A stretch of 64,000 bases of DNA from Octopus bimaculoides (Eukaryota). The DNA is taken from the NCBI RefSeq assembly GCF_001194135.2, contig NC_068997.1, forward strand, positions 16,316,107-16,380,106, in the 5' to 3' direction. Numbering within the stretch: position 1 is the stretch's first letter; the number at the start of each line of letters is the position of its first letter. The position numbers and the translations under genes are program-made. This document shows positions 1-14,130 of this stretch, piece after piece. Below the pieces are notes generated by a model. It had not been told where the DNA came from and did no database searches. It was given only the letters and a program-made list of their open reading frames with translations.

Positions 1-294
1 AAATTACACTATAATCTCATAAACCTTATTGTATAAAAAGTTCAAAACTTCACACATTGAGGACAACTTCTGCTTCTTACTCCAGCTTGCACATTTTTCT
101 TTCCTTCACTCATATAAAGTTAGTAAAGTTCTCTTCTCATCGAAATTAAGCCTATCATTCCTATTGTTTCTTACTCTGTAAGAACATGTGACTCTATTTG
201 CGATTTTTCTAACTTACAATCTTTCAGTTATTAACGTCAACGTCTAATCCTAACAACTCGTTTTATACACATTTATACATGTCCTTTCACCTAC

Positions 295-329
<35 letters not shown>

Positions 330-334
<5 letters not shown>

Positions 335-1200
335 TTTGTGTTTTTTAAAATACGTTTTTGGAGATTTGCATTTCTGTAGCATTATGTAATATTCATCATA
401 TTTCTTTCATATATATTTCTGCTGCTTCTTACAGTTTGCAGATGTACTCTTAAGGGTTTCTATTCAATGCTCAAATTTGCTACCCTATTCTAATTGTTTT
501 CATTACATGGTTACATATTGTCCTATCTTAATGCACTTCCATTGAAACAGGCCTATTTACCTTATACGTATGTATTAAAATTGGACATTGTTTTCTAATC
601 TCTTATTTCTTTTGTATTTTTATGTTCTTATATTTTTCTTTTATACCTGTCTTAGCTATGTCCCTTTTTGTCTTAGTTCCTCGCACTCTGATAGTTCACA
701 TATCAAGACAAAAGTGCAGTTTTCACTCTTTTCTACTGTTTTTCAACATCATCGCATTTAATGAATATTTATGTTTTTCTTAGACTCTATTCCTAATATC
801 CTCAATTTAACGAGTTCTGTTATACACCCATTTAACCTAATTTGCCCTCTTCACAAACTATTATCATTTTCACAGTTATGGTTTCCTTCTCAGCTCTAGT
901 TTATATATTGCTATTCTTTATGATTATTTTTCCTAATCTGTCTTTACTTATACAACAGATACGATAACTTTAACAATTCCTTTGATGTCTGCTGTAGCCT
1001 AACTCATTTCAGATAATTTCACAACTTTTCATTCAACGAAATTTTATAATCTTCTAATTCATCTATAACTTTTACTGTTTAATACTCCATAATTTACTAG
1101 TGGTCTAAAATTTAACCCTAACTTGGAATTTGTTAGTAACTTAGCAGATTAAACATTCCTATTAGTTATTTCCCCCATATTTATATATGCTCAAGATGAT
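330..1200 (-). pseudogene. Heavily decayed LINE reverse-transcriptase relic
   Basis: A-rich minus strand with stop-riddled but ordered RT-like motifs: KLGLNFRPLVN (resembles the NYRPISL region), then KLRILGIESKKNINIH (resembles L..Gi..k.i.ii), then ELRQKG (GLRQG-like). There is no open frame. Confidence 0.4.
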
Positions 1201-1213
1201 TTTTAAAAAAATT

Positions 1214-1590
1214 GGACAGCTGTGTGGTAAGTAGCTTGCTTACCAACCACATGGTTCTGGGTTCAGTCCCACTGTGTGGCACCTTGGTCAAGTGTCTTCT
1301 ACTATAGCCTCAGGCCGACCAAAGCCTTTTGAGTGGATTTGGTAGACGGAAACTGAAAGAAGCCTGTCTTATATATGTATGTGTGTATATGTTGTGTATC
1401 TGTGTTTGTCCCCCCAACATCGCTTGACAGCTAATGCTAGTGTGTTCGGTTCGGCAAAAAGAGACCAATAGAATAAGTACTAGGCTTACAAAGAATAAGT
1501 CCTGGGGTCGATTTGATTCGACTAAAGGCAGTGCTCCAGCATGGCCGCAGTCAAATGACTGAAACAGGTAAAAGAGTAAAGTAGAGAGAG
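1214..1590 (+). mobile_element. Full-length octopus-type tRNA-derived SINE with CORE-like domain (family A)
   Basis: A-box-like tgtgtggtaag and B-box-like gggttcagtccc, then CORE-like ccttggtcaagtgtcttctactatagcctcagg, an internal TA/TG microsatellite and a second half ending gctccagcatggccgcagtcaaatgactgaaacagg. Homologous copies at 56323-56732 and 61057-61767. Confidence 0.9.
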
Positions 1591-1759
1591 AGATGTAATG
1601 GTAGGATTTGAAGGATTGTAGGGTGCTGTTTCTTGTAGGTTGAACAACTATATAGGTTTTCCTTACTCGCACTGTGGGTGAGTCTGTAGTCATTACATCT
1701 ACCTTCAAAATAATCATTTTTAACTGTAATAAAAGGTCTCAGAGTTGTCAGAAAGGTGT

Positions 1760-1900
1760 GGTTGATTAAATCTACATCAGTCATTACCTGATACTTATGA
1801 AGTTCTCGGAACATTGAGAAACAAATCTGGCCTTGGTGGAATTCAAACGCAAAATGCAAAAAAGGGAAGCAACTAAGTTTTGCAAAGTATTTTGTCCCCC
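1760..1900 (-). mobile_element. Decayed family B SINE fragment
   Basis: gattaaatc...tgatacttat...ggccttggtggaattcaaacgc loosely matches copies at 13926 and 31152. Confidence 0.45.
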
Positions 1901-1999
1901 CCACACACACACACTCAACCAATTCTCCCATCTAGCATAAGATAATGTTTGTTTTTTATAGTTGTAGTTGTTATTAGTCAGCAACAACAGTAAATAACT

Positions 2000-2400
2000 G
2001 GAATAAAGTAAGCATGTTCGTCAATTGTGGATTTGTTTCGTTACCTGCAGCAAGTCTTTCCAAGTTCTAAACTATAAAATATTCTTTAGTTAATGGTCTA
2101 TAGAGATGGAAATATTAAGACTCAAAAAAGTGGCTATTCTTAATAATTTTTTTCAAGGGATTATGTTCCAAATTCTGATGCAAAATTATTGAGCTTATTT
2201 CTCTTAAATGCCTTTATCCTGAAGTCTCTCCCCAACTATAGGTTATTTTTTTTTTTCCTTTTTTCTTTCACTTTATAGCTATTACTACAGCTATTTTTTT
2301 AAAACCATTTCGGCTAATTTTTATTATTTAAATTTCTTATACATTTCTTGCTAGTTATTCCTTCCTCGTTTTCTAGATTTCTTTAATTTTTTTTTTATAC
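2000..2400 (-). pseudogene. Possible second decayed LINE RT fragment
   Basis: The minus strand gives LYRPL and, in a shifted frame, RNKSTIDEH, resembling the GFR.grST.DH motif. Many stops. Confidence 0.3.
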
Positions 2401-5059
2401 TTTTTTTACCTTATTCCTTTCATTTCATTTTGTTCTTTTTATCTTTTCAAATATGATTTAACTTAGTTCCTTTCTTTTGTTTTATTAATTTATTTCTCTT
2501 TTCTTCTCCATCCTTAATTTTTTTTTTTTTTCCTTCCATCTTCCTACATCTGATCATTATTAAGATTTTGTTGTTACTTCCTTGTTTTTATTTTCTAGTA
2601 TTAATATTATCCCTGTTATTAATATCATCATCATCATCATCATTATTATTATTATTATTATTATTGCTTTATAACTTTTTGCGTTCTGCAACATACTTGT
2701 CTTCTTGTTCGCCTTACCATACAAACTCTTGTTTCCTGCTTCTTCCTCATTTGCCAAAATTACATTTTAAAACATGAAAGTTTGCACTTTTATGTGTGCA
2801 ATGCAAGTCTCTCTCTCTATTATTATTATTATTATTATTTTCTCCATTGATTCTTCTTTTCTTTTTCTTTCTTGTAATCTTATTTCCACTTCTATTATCA
2901 TCATCATCATTATCATATGTTTGTTGCTTGTTCAGTAACCACCCACCCTGCTTCTTAGAGTTGCTTACCATTTTCCAGTGGCATCAAGCATTTCAGTAAC
3001 CCCCCCCCCCTCTTCCTCCTCCACCTCCCCCAACCACCACGCTACTTATAACTTCTCTGCAAAAACATATGAAAAATAAAAAATAAAAAGACAAAAAAAA
3101 CCCCTAAATAGGATAAAATTTAATACAAAAAAAATGTTAAAACAAGACTAAGCCAAAAAACATAATTCTATAAATTGTTAGTTACTCCTCCCACAATCCA
3201 CCTTTAATTTCTTGGGGGAGAATGTATTTGTGTTTTTGTGTGTGNNNNNNNNNNTCTTTTACTCTTTCTCTCTTCAAATATCTATGTAAAAAAAAAAAAA
3301 AATCAATAACTGAATGAATGAAATGAATGGATGGAGAAATTAAGAAAGAAATTGTTAAAGTTTCTTTCAGAATTTTCATCTCATTCGATTAGAGATTTTA
3401 TTTATTTAATTTCTGAGTTTATGTTTTTTTTCCTCTTCTTTTTGCAATTTCTTGTTTTGTTTTGTTTTGTTTTTTTATTATTTTCTTTTTTAATCTCAAT
3501 TCCACTAATGGAATGTACTTGTGGCTAGAATCATTCTTGGATACATAGACAGATATATTTGTAGGCTTTGTGAAAAGTTGGTGTCTGTGTGTATGTGAGT
3601 GTGATGTGTGTGCAAACATGCGCAATTCAGTATGTGTGTGTGTGTGTGTTTGTGTGTGTATACATATATATATATAATATATGTATATATATAATATATA
3701 TATATATATGTATGTATGTATGTATGTATATATGAACACAACACACAAACATGCAGTGACTGTTCTACAAATTTAGATTCGCATAGAATTTATTTATTAT
3801 TTTTGTTTTTATTGAGCCAGTGGAATTAGCAAACTAGATTTTTCACATTCAATATTATCATTTTCACATAACTCAAACACATACATACTAGCATATATTA
3901 ATATGCTGAGCAGGACTCTGACAGGCATGCTCACATGCGCATGCACAGATATTATATATATATATATACACACAAAGCAGGCATTAAATGATGATGATGT
4001 GTGTGTGTGTGTATATACTGTTAAATACAAACTTGCAAGCACACACACACAAACAGGTATTAAACTAATGCTTTTTTTTAACTGATGGTAACAAGATTTT
4101 CTTTTTAAATGGCTCGGCACAAACCTATTTTTTCAGAGAGGTGCAAATGTATTTCTTGTACTGTCTCCCAAAGGAATAAACAGCAAAGACTACTTAAAGA
4201 TGTTGAATACATGCATACATGTATGTATGTGTATACAAGAATATACACACATTTACACATATTTGTATAAATGTATTTGTACTTATCTATGCATGTGTGC
4301 ACACACACCACACATTCATATTTATCTATACAGATATATCTATCCGTGTATGTATATATATATATATACATACACCTGTGTGTATTTGTGTATGCATGTG
4401 TTTATATATATATCAATGTGTAAAAACAAAACATTCTACAAATTCAAGGGACCTTTTTTTTTCAAAGCCTTTGTGAGAGGTGTATTAAACATTCTAGTGG
4501 AAGTACCTGTTCTAGTTTACATTGTCTGTAGACACACTCCTGCTGCTTCATTTGATTTTCACGACTGCAACATCAGCATCACCATCTGTCATGTTGTGTC
4601 GAATTAATACAGTTTAGTTTGCTGGTAAAATATCGGAGTGTGATGAGATGACTAATTAGTTCAACCTGAATTGCTATTTTTGGTAGTGGTGGTGTTATGG
4701 CTGTAAAGATGGTGATATTTTGACACAGGTATCATTGGGGACGAAGCAGATGCCTTTTGTGTGTCTGTGATTTTAGTTAAGTTTTAGATATTTATAGTAA
4801 AGTACCTCTACCTTGATCAGTATATCATTCTTCTATAGATTTTGCTTTTTATATATGTATATATTTTACTTGTTAATTACACATACATTTTCATTGATAA
4901 AATAGCTGCAATAATTTGTTTTCAGTACTAAATATTTTGGACTATTAACTATATAGCTAAATGAAATATTGCTAGTTCACTTTCTTGTTTCTTCTGGTCA
5001 GTGGTGTGTGCGTGTGTAATATATTGAGTATACAGTTTGTCGATGTTTAAGTCCACTGC

Positions 5060-5232
5060 CAACCCTGATTCAACTAGCATATAATCAAAGATATTCTTGA
5101 TGTGACGAAACTGTTGTGTTAGGACTAAGCAAGATAACATTATCCAATGTGCCTTTCCCATTTTTTTAAAGACTGTAAGGTGATTTGGTTGCTTTTTCTA
5201 GCAAGCCACATAACTGCATAAAGGCTCCCTTC
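5060..5232 (-). mobile_element. Dispersed ~200 bp SINE-like repeat (family C)
   Basis: Carries acattatccaatgtg...gatttggttgctttttctagc...aggctccct, shared with copies at 7005, 17055, 53415 and 54678. Confidence 0.7.
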
Positions 5233-6470
5233 ATCGGGTCATGGCCTTGAATAAGTGTCTGTGTGTGACAGTTTGATTTTCTGAATGAGTTTCTAACCCT
5301 TTCTGGTCATGCACTGGAAGGATATTCACTCCGTAATAATCAAACTGCTCTTCCTGTCTCATCCACTTATCCGAAAGTTCTCTTTCCAAAGTTTTTCTTT
5401 CTATCTGTGTGTGTGTGTAGATATGGAATTAATCTCATTACACATTGATATCTAACCTTTGTTACTGTCTCTATATGTTACTATGTATGTGTGAGTGCAC
5501 ACTCGCACACATTAAAAGGTGAACAATTGAAAGAAAGAAGCTCTTAACACATTTAGTGTTGAAGATGTTATTGACGGTGCATTTTTATATTTCATCCATT
5601 CTTCTCAGGCCCTCTTTATGTGTGTGTGTGTGTGTGTGTGTAACGCACACACATACAATATAAGCATACATACATACAAAGGTTTTAGAATGAATAAACT
5701 ACTATACACACACACACACACATACACAAACATTCATCCATAAAAGTACATGTTGTATAGGACCAATATCAGTGTGTGCTTATGTCAGGATCTTCACAAA
5801 TAGTAGTAGTAGTAATTAATATTTTTGTTGTAGTGTATCTTCTACAAATTCCTAATACTAACACACTAACACTAGCTACTAGTTTCTAGTAAATTACCAT
5901 CTCCTCTGTCTGTCCGCCTATCTCTACCCCTTTCCCTTTGCCTCTCTCTCTCTCTCTTTCTCCCTGACCCACTGGGGAAGCTTCTACTTAATTAAATCTG
6001 TTTATGTCTATGTGTGAAAGGGAGAGATGACTTATGGACCCTTTTACCTTGGCCTAACTTTGACCCCTTAAACTCCATCAACTAAAATTTCCACACCTGG
6101 TTAATGTTTGTTAATTGTAATCTATCTATCTATCAACATTGTGTGTGTGTGTGTGTGTGTGTATAAATAGATGAGAGATATAAGATGTAGCTTCAGAGCA
6201 TTGTGTGGCTTTCACAGTAAGCTCCTCTTACAGGACTCAGCTGTCAGTCCACAAAGTAGTGATACATCAAGTGTGTATGTAACTGAAAATCCAGGAAATT
6301 CAAGCCATAAAATTATTCTGTGAGGAGTATATAATGAAGTCAGGACGTGTATGAGGTAAATAAAGACTTATTTAACCATATCTGTGGCCATCTTACAATC
6401 TTGTCATCAACAGATGACAATAAACATTCGAACAGATAGATGATTGTACATGTGTGAGTGTGTGTGTGTA

Positions 6471-6559
6471 TTGGAGCCTGGGGCAGCTCCCCGGCTTGCA
6501 AGCTCTGGTCAAACCATCCAACCCATGCCAATATGGACAACAGACGTTAAATGATGATG
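6471..6559 (+). mobile_element. 3' fragment of family D SINE
   Basis: tggagcctggggcagc...ggtcaaaccatccaacccatgccaatatggacaacagacgttaaatgatgatg with a (tga)n tail. Homologous to the minus copy at 42831-42946. Confidence 0.75.
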
Positions 6560-7004
6560 TATGTGTGTGTTAGTGGTCAAGGAAGCCACGCACATACAGA
6601 AAAGTTTTCCTTCCACCTTTTCACAAAACCATGATACGAGAGAGTGGTAAGGAGTCATCCCTGATCTGGGAGATTCCTGTGACACAATCTAGTTGCTAAG
6701 CCATCACATGATGCTGCAATATAGGTTTACTTCACTGTGTCCAGTATGATGAGTCCTTGATTTTTCTTTTTATGCTCTTTTTTTTTTCTTTCCTACTTAA
6801 TCCATTCAAAACATTGACCAAGCCCTTATATAGTTTACACTGATGCTTGAAATAGTTAACTATGTTCTCCCAATTTGTTCCTTTCGATCAAGTTATTTAT
6901 TTTTCAATCTCAGTTCACTGATCAGATTTATGTTCAAATATGTTCAATCTTAACAATCACATTTTTTGTTTGTTTGTTTTTTTTTTAATAGATATAGTAT
7001 ATCT

Positions 7005-7085
7005 AGAACTGCATTATTCAGTAGTTCATTCTTAGTGTGTTTTTATCTGAGGGAGGTTTGGTTGCTATCTCTAGCAGCTCAAAGC
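7005..7085 (-). mobile_element. Family C fragment
   Basis: tctagaactgcattattcagt...gagggaggtttggttgctatctctagcag. Confidence 0.55.
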
Positions 7086-8782
7086 AACCACAGCTTCTTT
7101 GTTGTTTTGGACATGTCTTGAGGAAATCTTAGTAGAGGAACCTTATCATTTATCCTCCTGATCGTTGAATTACTAATCTGTTTCTAACCCGCAATGTTTC
7201 TTTAAGTATATTCTTATCAAGTGATTTTGCAATTTCAAAAACAAAAGTACCTCAATCCATAATATCACAGTTTGTGGCCTTAGGAAATTATTTTTATTTT
7301 ACCTGTTGTTTTGGAACATTTGAAATTGTAGTTTGATTTTTATCAATGTCTCAAAACTAATGAGTTAGTAATATAAATTTGACTGTCTGTGTCGTGTCTC
7401 TTGTGCATTGGTCAGAAAACCCTTAAAAATATGGATGGGGGAAGGGATCAGCATAATGTTAAGGGAGCAAGCATGACATAGTTCATGTCCCTAATCCTTG
7501 TCATAAACAAGGTTCGTTTCGTTTGAGGTGAAGGCCTACGTATATTTCTGCTTCTTTCTCACTTGTTAGTTTAGTTAGCAAGTCCATTGATTCAGTGCTC
7601 CTCCTGTGGTGTTCCTGCTACTGTTCTCTCTTATTTGTGTTCAACTTTAATCAGGATTTGAACAAAACAAAACCTTAAAAAAACCTGATGTAGAGATGGG
7701 GGAACAAGAGGGTGGTGGAAAAAAAAGGCCAGTCAGAAATACAACTAAAGGGGAAAGAAAAATAATAAATAAGCATTTCTTCAAAAACCTTTTTTTTTTC
7801 TATTGTGTGTGCCGATGCGTGTGTGTGTGTAGCTAGTTGGTGATGATTCCCTTGTTTATTGGTAGGTGGTGGCAGTAGTGGGTAGTGGCTACACACATCT
7901 GCTCCTGCTAACAAGGGGTGGGTCATTCAGCTTTATTACTCCACCTCACCTGAGATCTACAAAACCCACTACTAGTACCACCACCACCACCACCACCACC
8001 ATCACTAGCACTACTACTACTACTACCATCACCATNNNNNNNNNNNNNNNNNNNNNNNNNNNNNNNNNNNNNNNNNNNNNNNNNNNNNNNNNNNNNNNNN
8101 NNNNNNNNNNNNNNNNNNNNNNNNNNNNNNNNNNNNNNNNNNNNNNNNNNNNNNNNNNNNNNNNNNNNNNNNNNNNNNNNNNNNNNNNNNNNNNNNNNNN
8201 NNNNNNNNNNNNNNNNNNNNNNNNNNNNNNNNNNNNNNNNNNNNNNNNNNNNNNNNNNNNNNNNNNNNNNNNNNNNNNNNNNNNNNNNNNNNNNNNNNNN
8301 NNNNNNNNNNNNNNNNNNNNNNNNNNNNNNNNNNNNNNNNNNNNNNNNNNNNNNNNNNNNNNNNNNNNNNNNNNNNNNNNNNNNNNNNNNNNNNNNNNNN
8401 NNNNNNNNNNNNNNNNNNNNNNNNNNNNNNNNNNNNNNNNNNNNNNNNNNNNNNNNNNNNNNNNNNNNNNNNNNNNNNNNNNNNNNNNNNNNNNNNNNNN
8501 NNNNNNNNNNNNNNNNNNNNNNNNNNNNNNNNNNNNNNNNNNNNNNNNNNNNNNNNNNNNNNNNNNNNNNNNNNNNNNNNNNNNNNNNNNNNNNNNNNNN
8601 NNNNNNNNNNNNNNNNNNNNNNNNNNNNNNNNNNNNNNNNNNNNNNNNNNNNNNNNNNNNNNNNNNNNNNNNNNNNNNTCTCTCTCTCTCTCTCTCTTTC
8701 CATAGCAGTTCTGTTCAGCTCCATATTCTACTCCACAAAGGTGAAAAGAGACTAAAAGAAGCATTAAAGTAGGGGAGTGATG

Positions 8783-8833
<51 letters not shown>

Positions 8834-9224
8834 GTCATCATTGAGTGGATGGGAGAAAGATGTTTATAACTAAGTTGAGAGATTGCTCCCTTTACTTAAC
8901 TATGAAATTTTCAGGCTCTGTAATGTATACATATGCATAAAGGGTCCCTGGACCACCATTGTCCCTAAAGGGTTGTAGTGACATCCCTGAATATAACTCT
9001 GAAGCTGGTTGGGTCAGAGGAAAGTAGAAATTATTAAAAAAAATAATGTAGATAGGGACTTACTTAAATGTTACATTTTGCCCAAATTCCATATAGAAAG
9101 TGAAATGCTGACTAAAACTGAAAATTTGGCCTACCTCATACATGCATATAAATACGTGTATGTGTATACACACATATAGATATTCATATACATAAATACA
9201 TACACACACACACACACACACACA

Positions 9225-9255
<31 letters not shown>

Positions 9256-9616
9256 NNNNNNNNNNNNNNNNNNNNNNNNNNNNNNNNNNNNNNNNNNNNN
9301 NNNNNNNNNNNNNNNNNNNNNNNNNNNNNNNNNNNNNNNNNNNNNNNNNNNNNNNNNNNNNNNNNNNNNNNNNNNNNNNNNNNNNNNNNNNNNNNNNNNN
9401 NNNNNNNNNNNNNNNNNNNNNNNNNNNNNNNNNNNNNNNNNNNNNNNNNNNNNNNNNNNNNNNNNNNNNNNNNNNNNNNNNNNNNNNNNNNNNNNNNNNN
9501 NNNNNNNNNNNNNNNNNNNNNNNNNNNNNNNNNNNNNNNNNNNNNNNNNNNNNNNNNNNNNNNNNNNNNNNNNNNNNNNNNNNNNNNNNNNNNNNNNNNN
9601 NNNNNNNNNNNNNNNN

Positions 9617-9653
<37 letters not shown>

Positions 9654-10595
9654 CACACAAATATTTGTACATTATACATATGCACAAACATATAGACAGA
9701 CAGATAGATAGGTGTTTAAGATTCTTGAGGGTCACATCAAAATGTATTTGAGAGAAGGGATGAGGTAACAGAAGTTGCCATCTTCAAATTATGAGACTGC
9801 AAACCTTAATTGATAACGAAGGAATGTGTTAGAGGGAGGGATGTTTCGAACAGGTGAGGACAAGTTTGAATGAGGTGAAAAATATTTTAAGATTTTCTAC
9901 CTGTTTAATTGAAATATTGACGTATTTAAGATTTTTGCCCATCCCTGTCCTAAATTACAGTTCAGAACTCTATCATCTCACTTTACTATTCATTTATTTG
10001 TTACATAGAGACTAAGACATTCAAATGTAAACAAAACACACACACACACACATGCTAGAGATGTTCCTAAATTTTTGAGCTTAAGGTAATTAATTAATAT
10101 AACAGCAGAAATGGATACTTCTATTTTTATTTCATAGTCAGGTTCAAAAAATATCACCCCACCCCATAGTCAGAGAAGGCTCATCAAGTTCACTGAAAAA
10201 TCATTCTTTCTGCATCCCTTTACAAAATATAATTATTATACAACATTCACCTTTAATAATGAATTTTTCACAAATTAGCTAATAGTGGATCCTTTATTTA
10301 AAAAATTGAGAGACTCATACGTGTGTGTGTAGTTTTCATTCCAAACATGTTGATCTAACTTTAACTGTAGTGCTGTGCATGTATGTACACATGTGTGTCT
10401 AGTTTCCATAGAAACAAATCTAATTCCTATGTTGCTATGTATAATATGGATCAGAAAGATTAAAAAATAAATCATTAAAAAACGCCTCATATTTCATTAG
10501 ATACATACAGGAGCACGTTATGTCTGTGTGTGTACATGTAGTTATATATGTATTATATATAACTACATGTACACACACACATATATACATACATA

Positions 10596-10807
10596 CAGGG
10601 AGCGGCAGAAGTAAAGCTCTTTTGTATTTGAGTTTTCTAGTTTCTAATTAAACTTCTTTTTTTTATGTCCTAAAACCTCTGCGATTCTATTATTCGTTTC
10701 TTTAAGTAATGCGATGAATTTCTGTTCAATAAAGAATTACTTAATAAACATTTATATACTATAAAAGTTATTAAATGCAAAAAGGTCTTTACTTCTGTCG
10801 CTCCCCG
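10596..10807. mobile_element. Tc1/mariner-type MITE (212 bp)
   Basis: About 35-bp imperfect TIRs: cagggagcggcagaagtaaagctcttttgtattt versus reverse complement cggggagcgacagaagtaaagacctttttgcattt. TA on the left flank, TG (mutated TA) on the right. AT-rich non-coding interior. Confidence 0.85.
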
Positions 10808-11150
10808 TGTGTATGTGTGTGTTTGTGTGTGTATTGTGGCTCTGTTTTCATTTTGTTTTTGCTTCCTTCCTCTGTCCTAGTTAGTTTTTAAATTGCTACT
10901 TCTCTTAAACTAGTAAAATCTTTATAATAATAATAATAATAAAAGGAAAAAACCTGTAGTAATCTGAGTTTTTGTATTCACTGGCCATGCTTTGTTACAC
11001 TGCAGAATCATACTCCCCCATGTTTATAATCCGTCTATCATATTCAGGTATAATCATGATCAGATATAAACTTTTTTTCTTTTAGTTTAAAACAATTAAT
11101 AACCATAATAAAATTTTTCAGAATTTTTTCCAAGATGTAAATCTGAAAAT

Positions 11151-11185
<35 letters not shown>

Positions 11186-11859
11186 AAAGGGATAGTAGTG
11201 AGACTTGCTTAAGACTTTCACATGTAAGTAGCAGTGAAGAATAACTGATTTTTGATACAGATATTTGTAGGATAATATGAATAGATGTGACCAACATGTA
11301 TGTGAGCATGTGTGTGTGTGTATTTTAATGATTATGACAAAAATCACACCGCATTGTCTTAAATAGGAAGAGACATTGGATAATGAAACCCTAGCTACAC
11401 TGAACAAAGATGAGGTGGTCATCATTTTGTGTGTATGTAGAAAGTCTGCTTGGTTAATATTTCAGTACATGAAATATATTGTACACCTATATGCATATAA
11501 ACATATCACTGGCTGTAGATTTGCATATGAAAACATGCATGCAGGCACACACTTGTCCACTCCTAACATTGTAAAGAACATGCTTAATGAGTTTGAATTA
11601 CTGAATATTTTTAAAATTGTGTTTCTAAATTTTCTATTTTTTTTATCCTATTGAATTCTATCATCCTCAAATATGCCTTCTCATGCAGAAATTTCTGAGA
11701 ATTAAACCCACACCTAACATTATTTAAGTTACATCATTATTATTCTCATTATCATCATCATCATCAACATTATGTCTGTATTTATACATGCCCAATCATC
11801 ATTGTTATTGTTAATATCATGATTAACAACTTCACTCCCATTAAGGTGAGGGAGCTGCA

Positions 11860-12005
11860 CCTACTAGAAATTAGCTGACATGTCTACTTCAGTGTCTTAA
11901 ATAAGAGAAGACATTGAATAATGTAGTCCGAGCTACCCTCAGCAAAGAAGAGATGGTCACAGCTTGAAACTTTTGATTAGACAGCTGACTTAAGCTAACA
12001 ACAAC
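11860..12005 (+). mobile_element. Family C repeat
   Basis: ctagaaattagc...gtcttaaataagagaagacattgaataatgtagtcc...gatggtcacagc...agctaacaacaac. A partial sister copy lies at about 11340-11400. Confidence 0.65.
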
Positions 12006-13925
12006 ATTTTTTTCCCTCCCAACCAACTGTAATGTTGTACACAAAGTAATATACAGTACATAAGAGCACCAGGATTCTATAGTTGTTAATACTGGAGAAG
12101 ATGGTAGGGAATAACTGAGTTTGTTACTGGTTAGAATTTGCTGATGAAGATGTAATAGGGAAGGAACTCTTAACACTTTTAGTTGACATTTCTTATTATC
12201 AGTCAAGTCTGATAAATGTATTTCTTATATTCAACTATAAACATCGCATGAATCTAAAATATTATAAATACAGTACATATTTACAGACTGCTTTGTGTAA
12301 ATGATATCCCACACTCACACATTTATAGCTAAGTAAATGATGCTATATTTGAAGTGGTGAGCTGAAAATAATTTTTAATCAGCTGAAATTATAATTTCTA
12401 ATGGAAAAAAAAGTCATTAGCGTTACTGAAAATTATTCGTAGAAAAAATAAGGGAGAGAACTTCTAAAAGTTCAATTGATTAAAAATTTAAATGTAAATA
12501 TGCAAGGAAACAGTGAGTCTGACCTTTGGCTACTGTAGTGACAATATTCTTGTGAAATTTTCCATAATCATTATTTCAGTTTGCCCAGTTAGTGAATATT
12601 CTTCACACAAAAAATATTTCTATTTGTTGCTGTGAGATCTTTGTAGTCATTGACTGGATCACATTTCAATCAGAAGTTTCAAGTAAAACTGAAACATGTC
12701 AGAAGTTGTCACCTTGTGCACTCTAGTTTTTTTTTGCTGATTGAAATTTCAGTTGTCTCCCTTGTACATTCTGGGAATAATTTTCATTAGCACTAATGAC
12801 TTTTCTATTCTTAAAGAAAATAATACATGAATATTAGTATGATAACATTAATGTCTATATTATCTATTTTTATAATTGCAAACCTAGTATACATTCATTC
12901 ATTTGTACTGGATTTATTTATGTTTGTGTGTGTGTGTCTGTGTGCATATACACACACACAAGCTAATACAAAATGATGTGATTACCAAGAGGTATTCATT
13001 CGTCCCACTGCTACATTATATTTAACCCTCAGACTTTTTTACTTCATTTATATCAGTCCTGATAACATAAGTGACAACATTTTAATCACCACCACCACCA
13101 CCACCACCACCACCAATAAACAACTGCTGTAGAAGCATTGTATGTGAAGGTCTCACACTAACACATAATTTATAGTTCATACATGAAGCATTTGTGCCAA
13201 GGACATGATGGTGATCCGTGTTTCAGTGGTTTCTGTGTTTACTAAAGAGGAGATGTTTGGATGGTGTTTGGTCACTCTTTAACTCTTTCTTTCCTATGCT
13301 CTCTCTCTCTTTCTCTCTTGATAAGTCAGGTTTTTCTTGTTGATGTGGGAGTGGTTAGAGGTGGTGAGATCAGGGAGAAATCACACACACATACATTAAC
13401 ACGCTACATATACACACAATGGAAAGCAATGGTTAAAGAAAATGTCACAAAATAATTTTAAAACCTCAAAAGAAAAGAAATGGAAATATAATCAGAAGAG
13501 ACAAAAGACTACGTGTGACAAGCCTGAAGCTTATACCACGTGTAAAACAATACCTAACAAAAGCAACACACACCGTGTATTTAATAGCTAACGAGCGATG
13601 GGACATGGTATGGTGGTGTGGAAAGCAAGGGGTGGTTTGAGATAATACAATACCTGTAGGAATTGTTATATAATGGTGACTGACTGACTCTTTTAGAGCT
13701 TGTGTTTACGAGGAGGATATACTTGTGTATACACCAAATGTGCACAGTTGACCTACACACACACACACACGTCATGCAGGTGTGTGGTGGTGTGTAGATT
13801 TCTATCTGCATGCATATACAGACACAAACACACACATACATGCTTGCTATATAATTGGACTGAACTGGCATGCAGATGAATGGAAAGGAACTAAACCGTA
13901 TGCTGCTGCTGCTACTAATACTAAC

Positions 13926-14130
13926 CCTTTCTACTCTAGGCCACAAGGCCTGAGATTTTGGGGGTGGGGTAAGTCGGTTGCATCGACCCCAGTGCTCGGC
14001 TGGTACTTAGTTCATCGACCCCAGAAAGATGAAAGACAATGACTGCCTCAGCAGGATTTGAACTCAGAACATTGAGATGGATGAAATGCCACTAAGCATT
14101 TTCACCAGTGTACTAGAGACTCTGCCAGCT
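13926..14130 (-). mobile_element. Full-length tRNA-derived SINE (family B)
   Basis: The minus strand reads agctggcagag...gagttcaaatcc (B box)...tttcatctttctggggtcgatgaactaagtaccag...ggccttgtggcctagagtagaaag. The central segment resembles, from memory, the Meta/Nin-type conserved SINE domain. Confidence 0.88.

Noticed and set aside
1310-1717. 135-aa minus ORF
   Set aside because: It is the antisense reading of the family A SINE and starts at a non-ATG codon.
7866-8764. Long ORFs spanning N-runs (also at 9060-9735, 19961-20662, 40242-41266, 42401-42787, 45139-45678, 46516-46998, 57267-57754)
   Set aside because: Their length comes from X codons in gaps and from (TA)n, (CT)n or (ACC)n translations. 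They are not evidence of genes.
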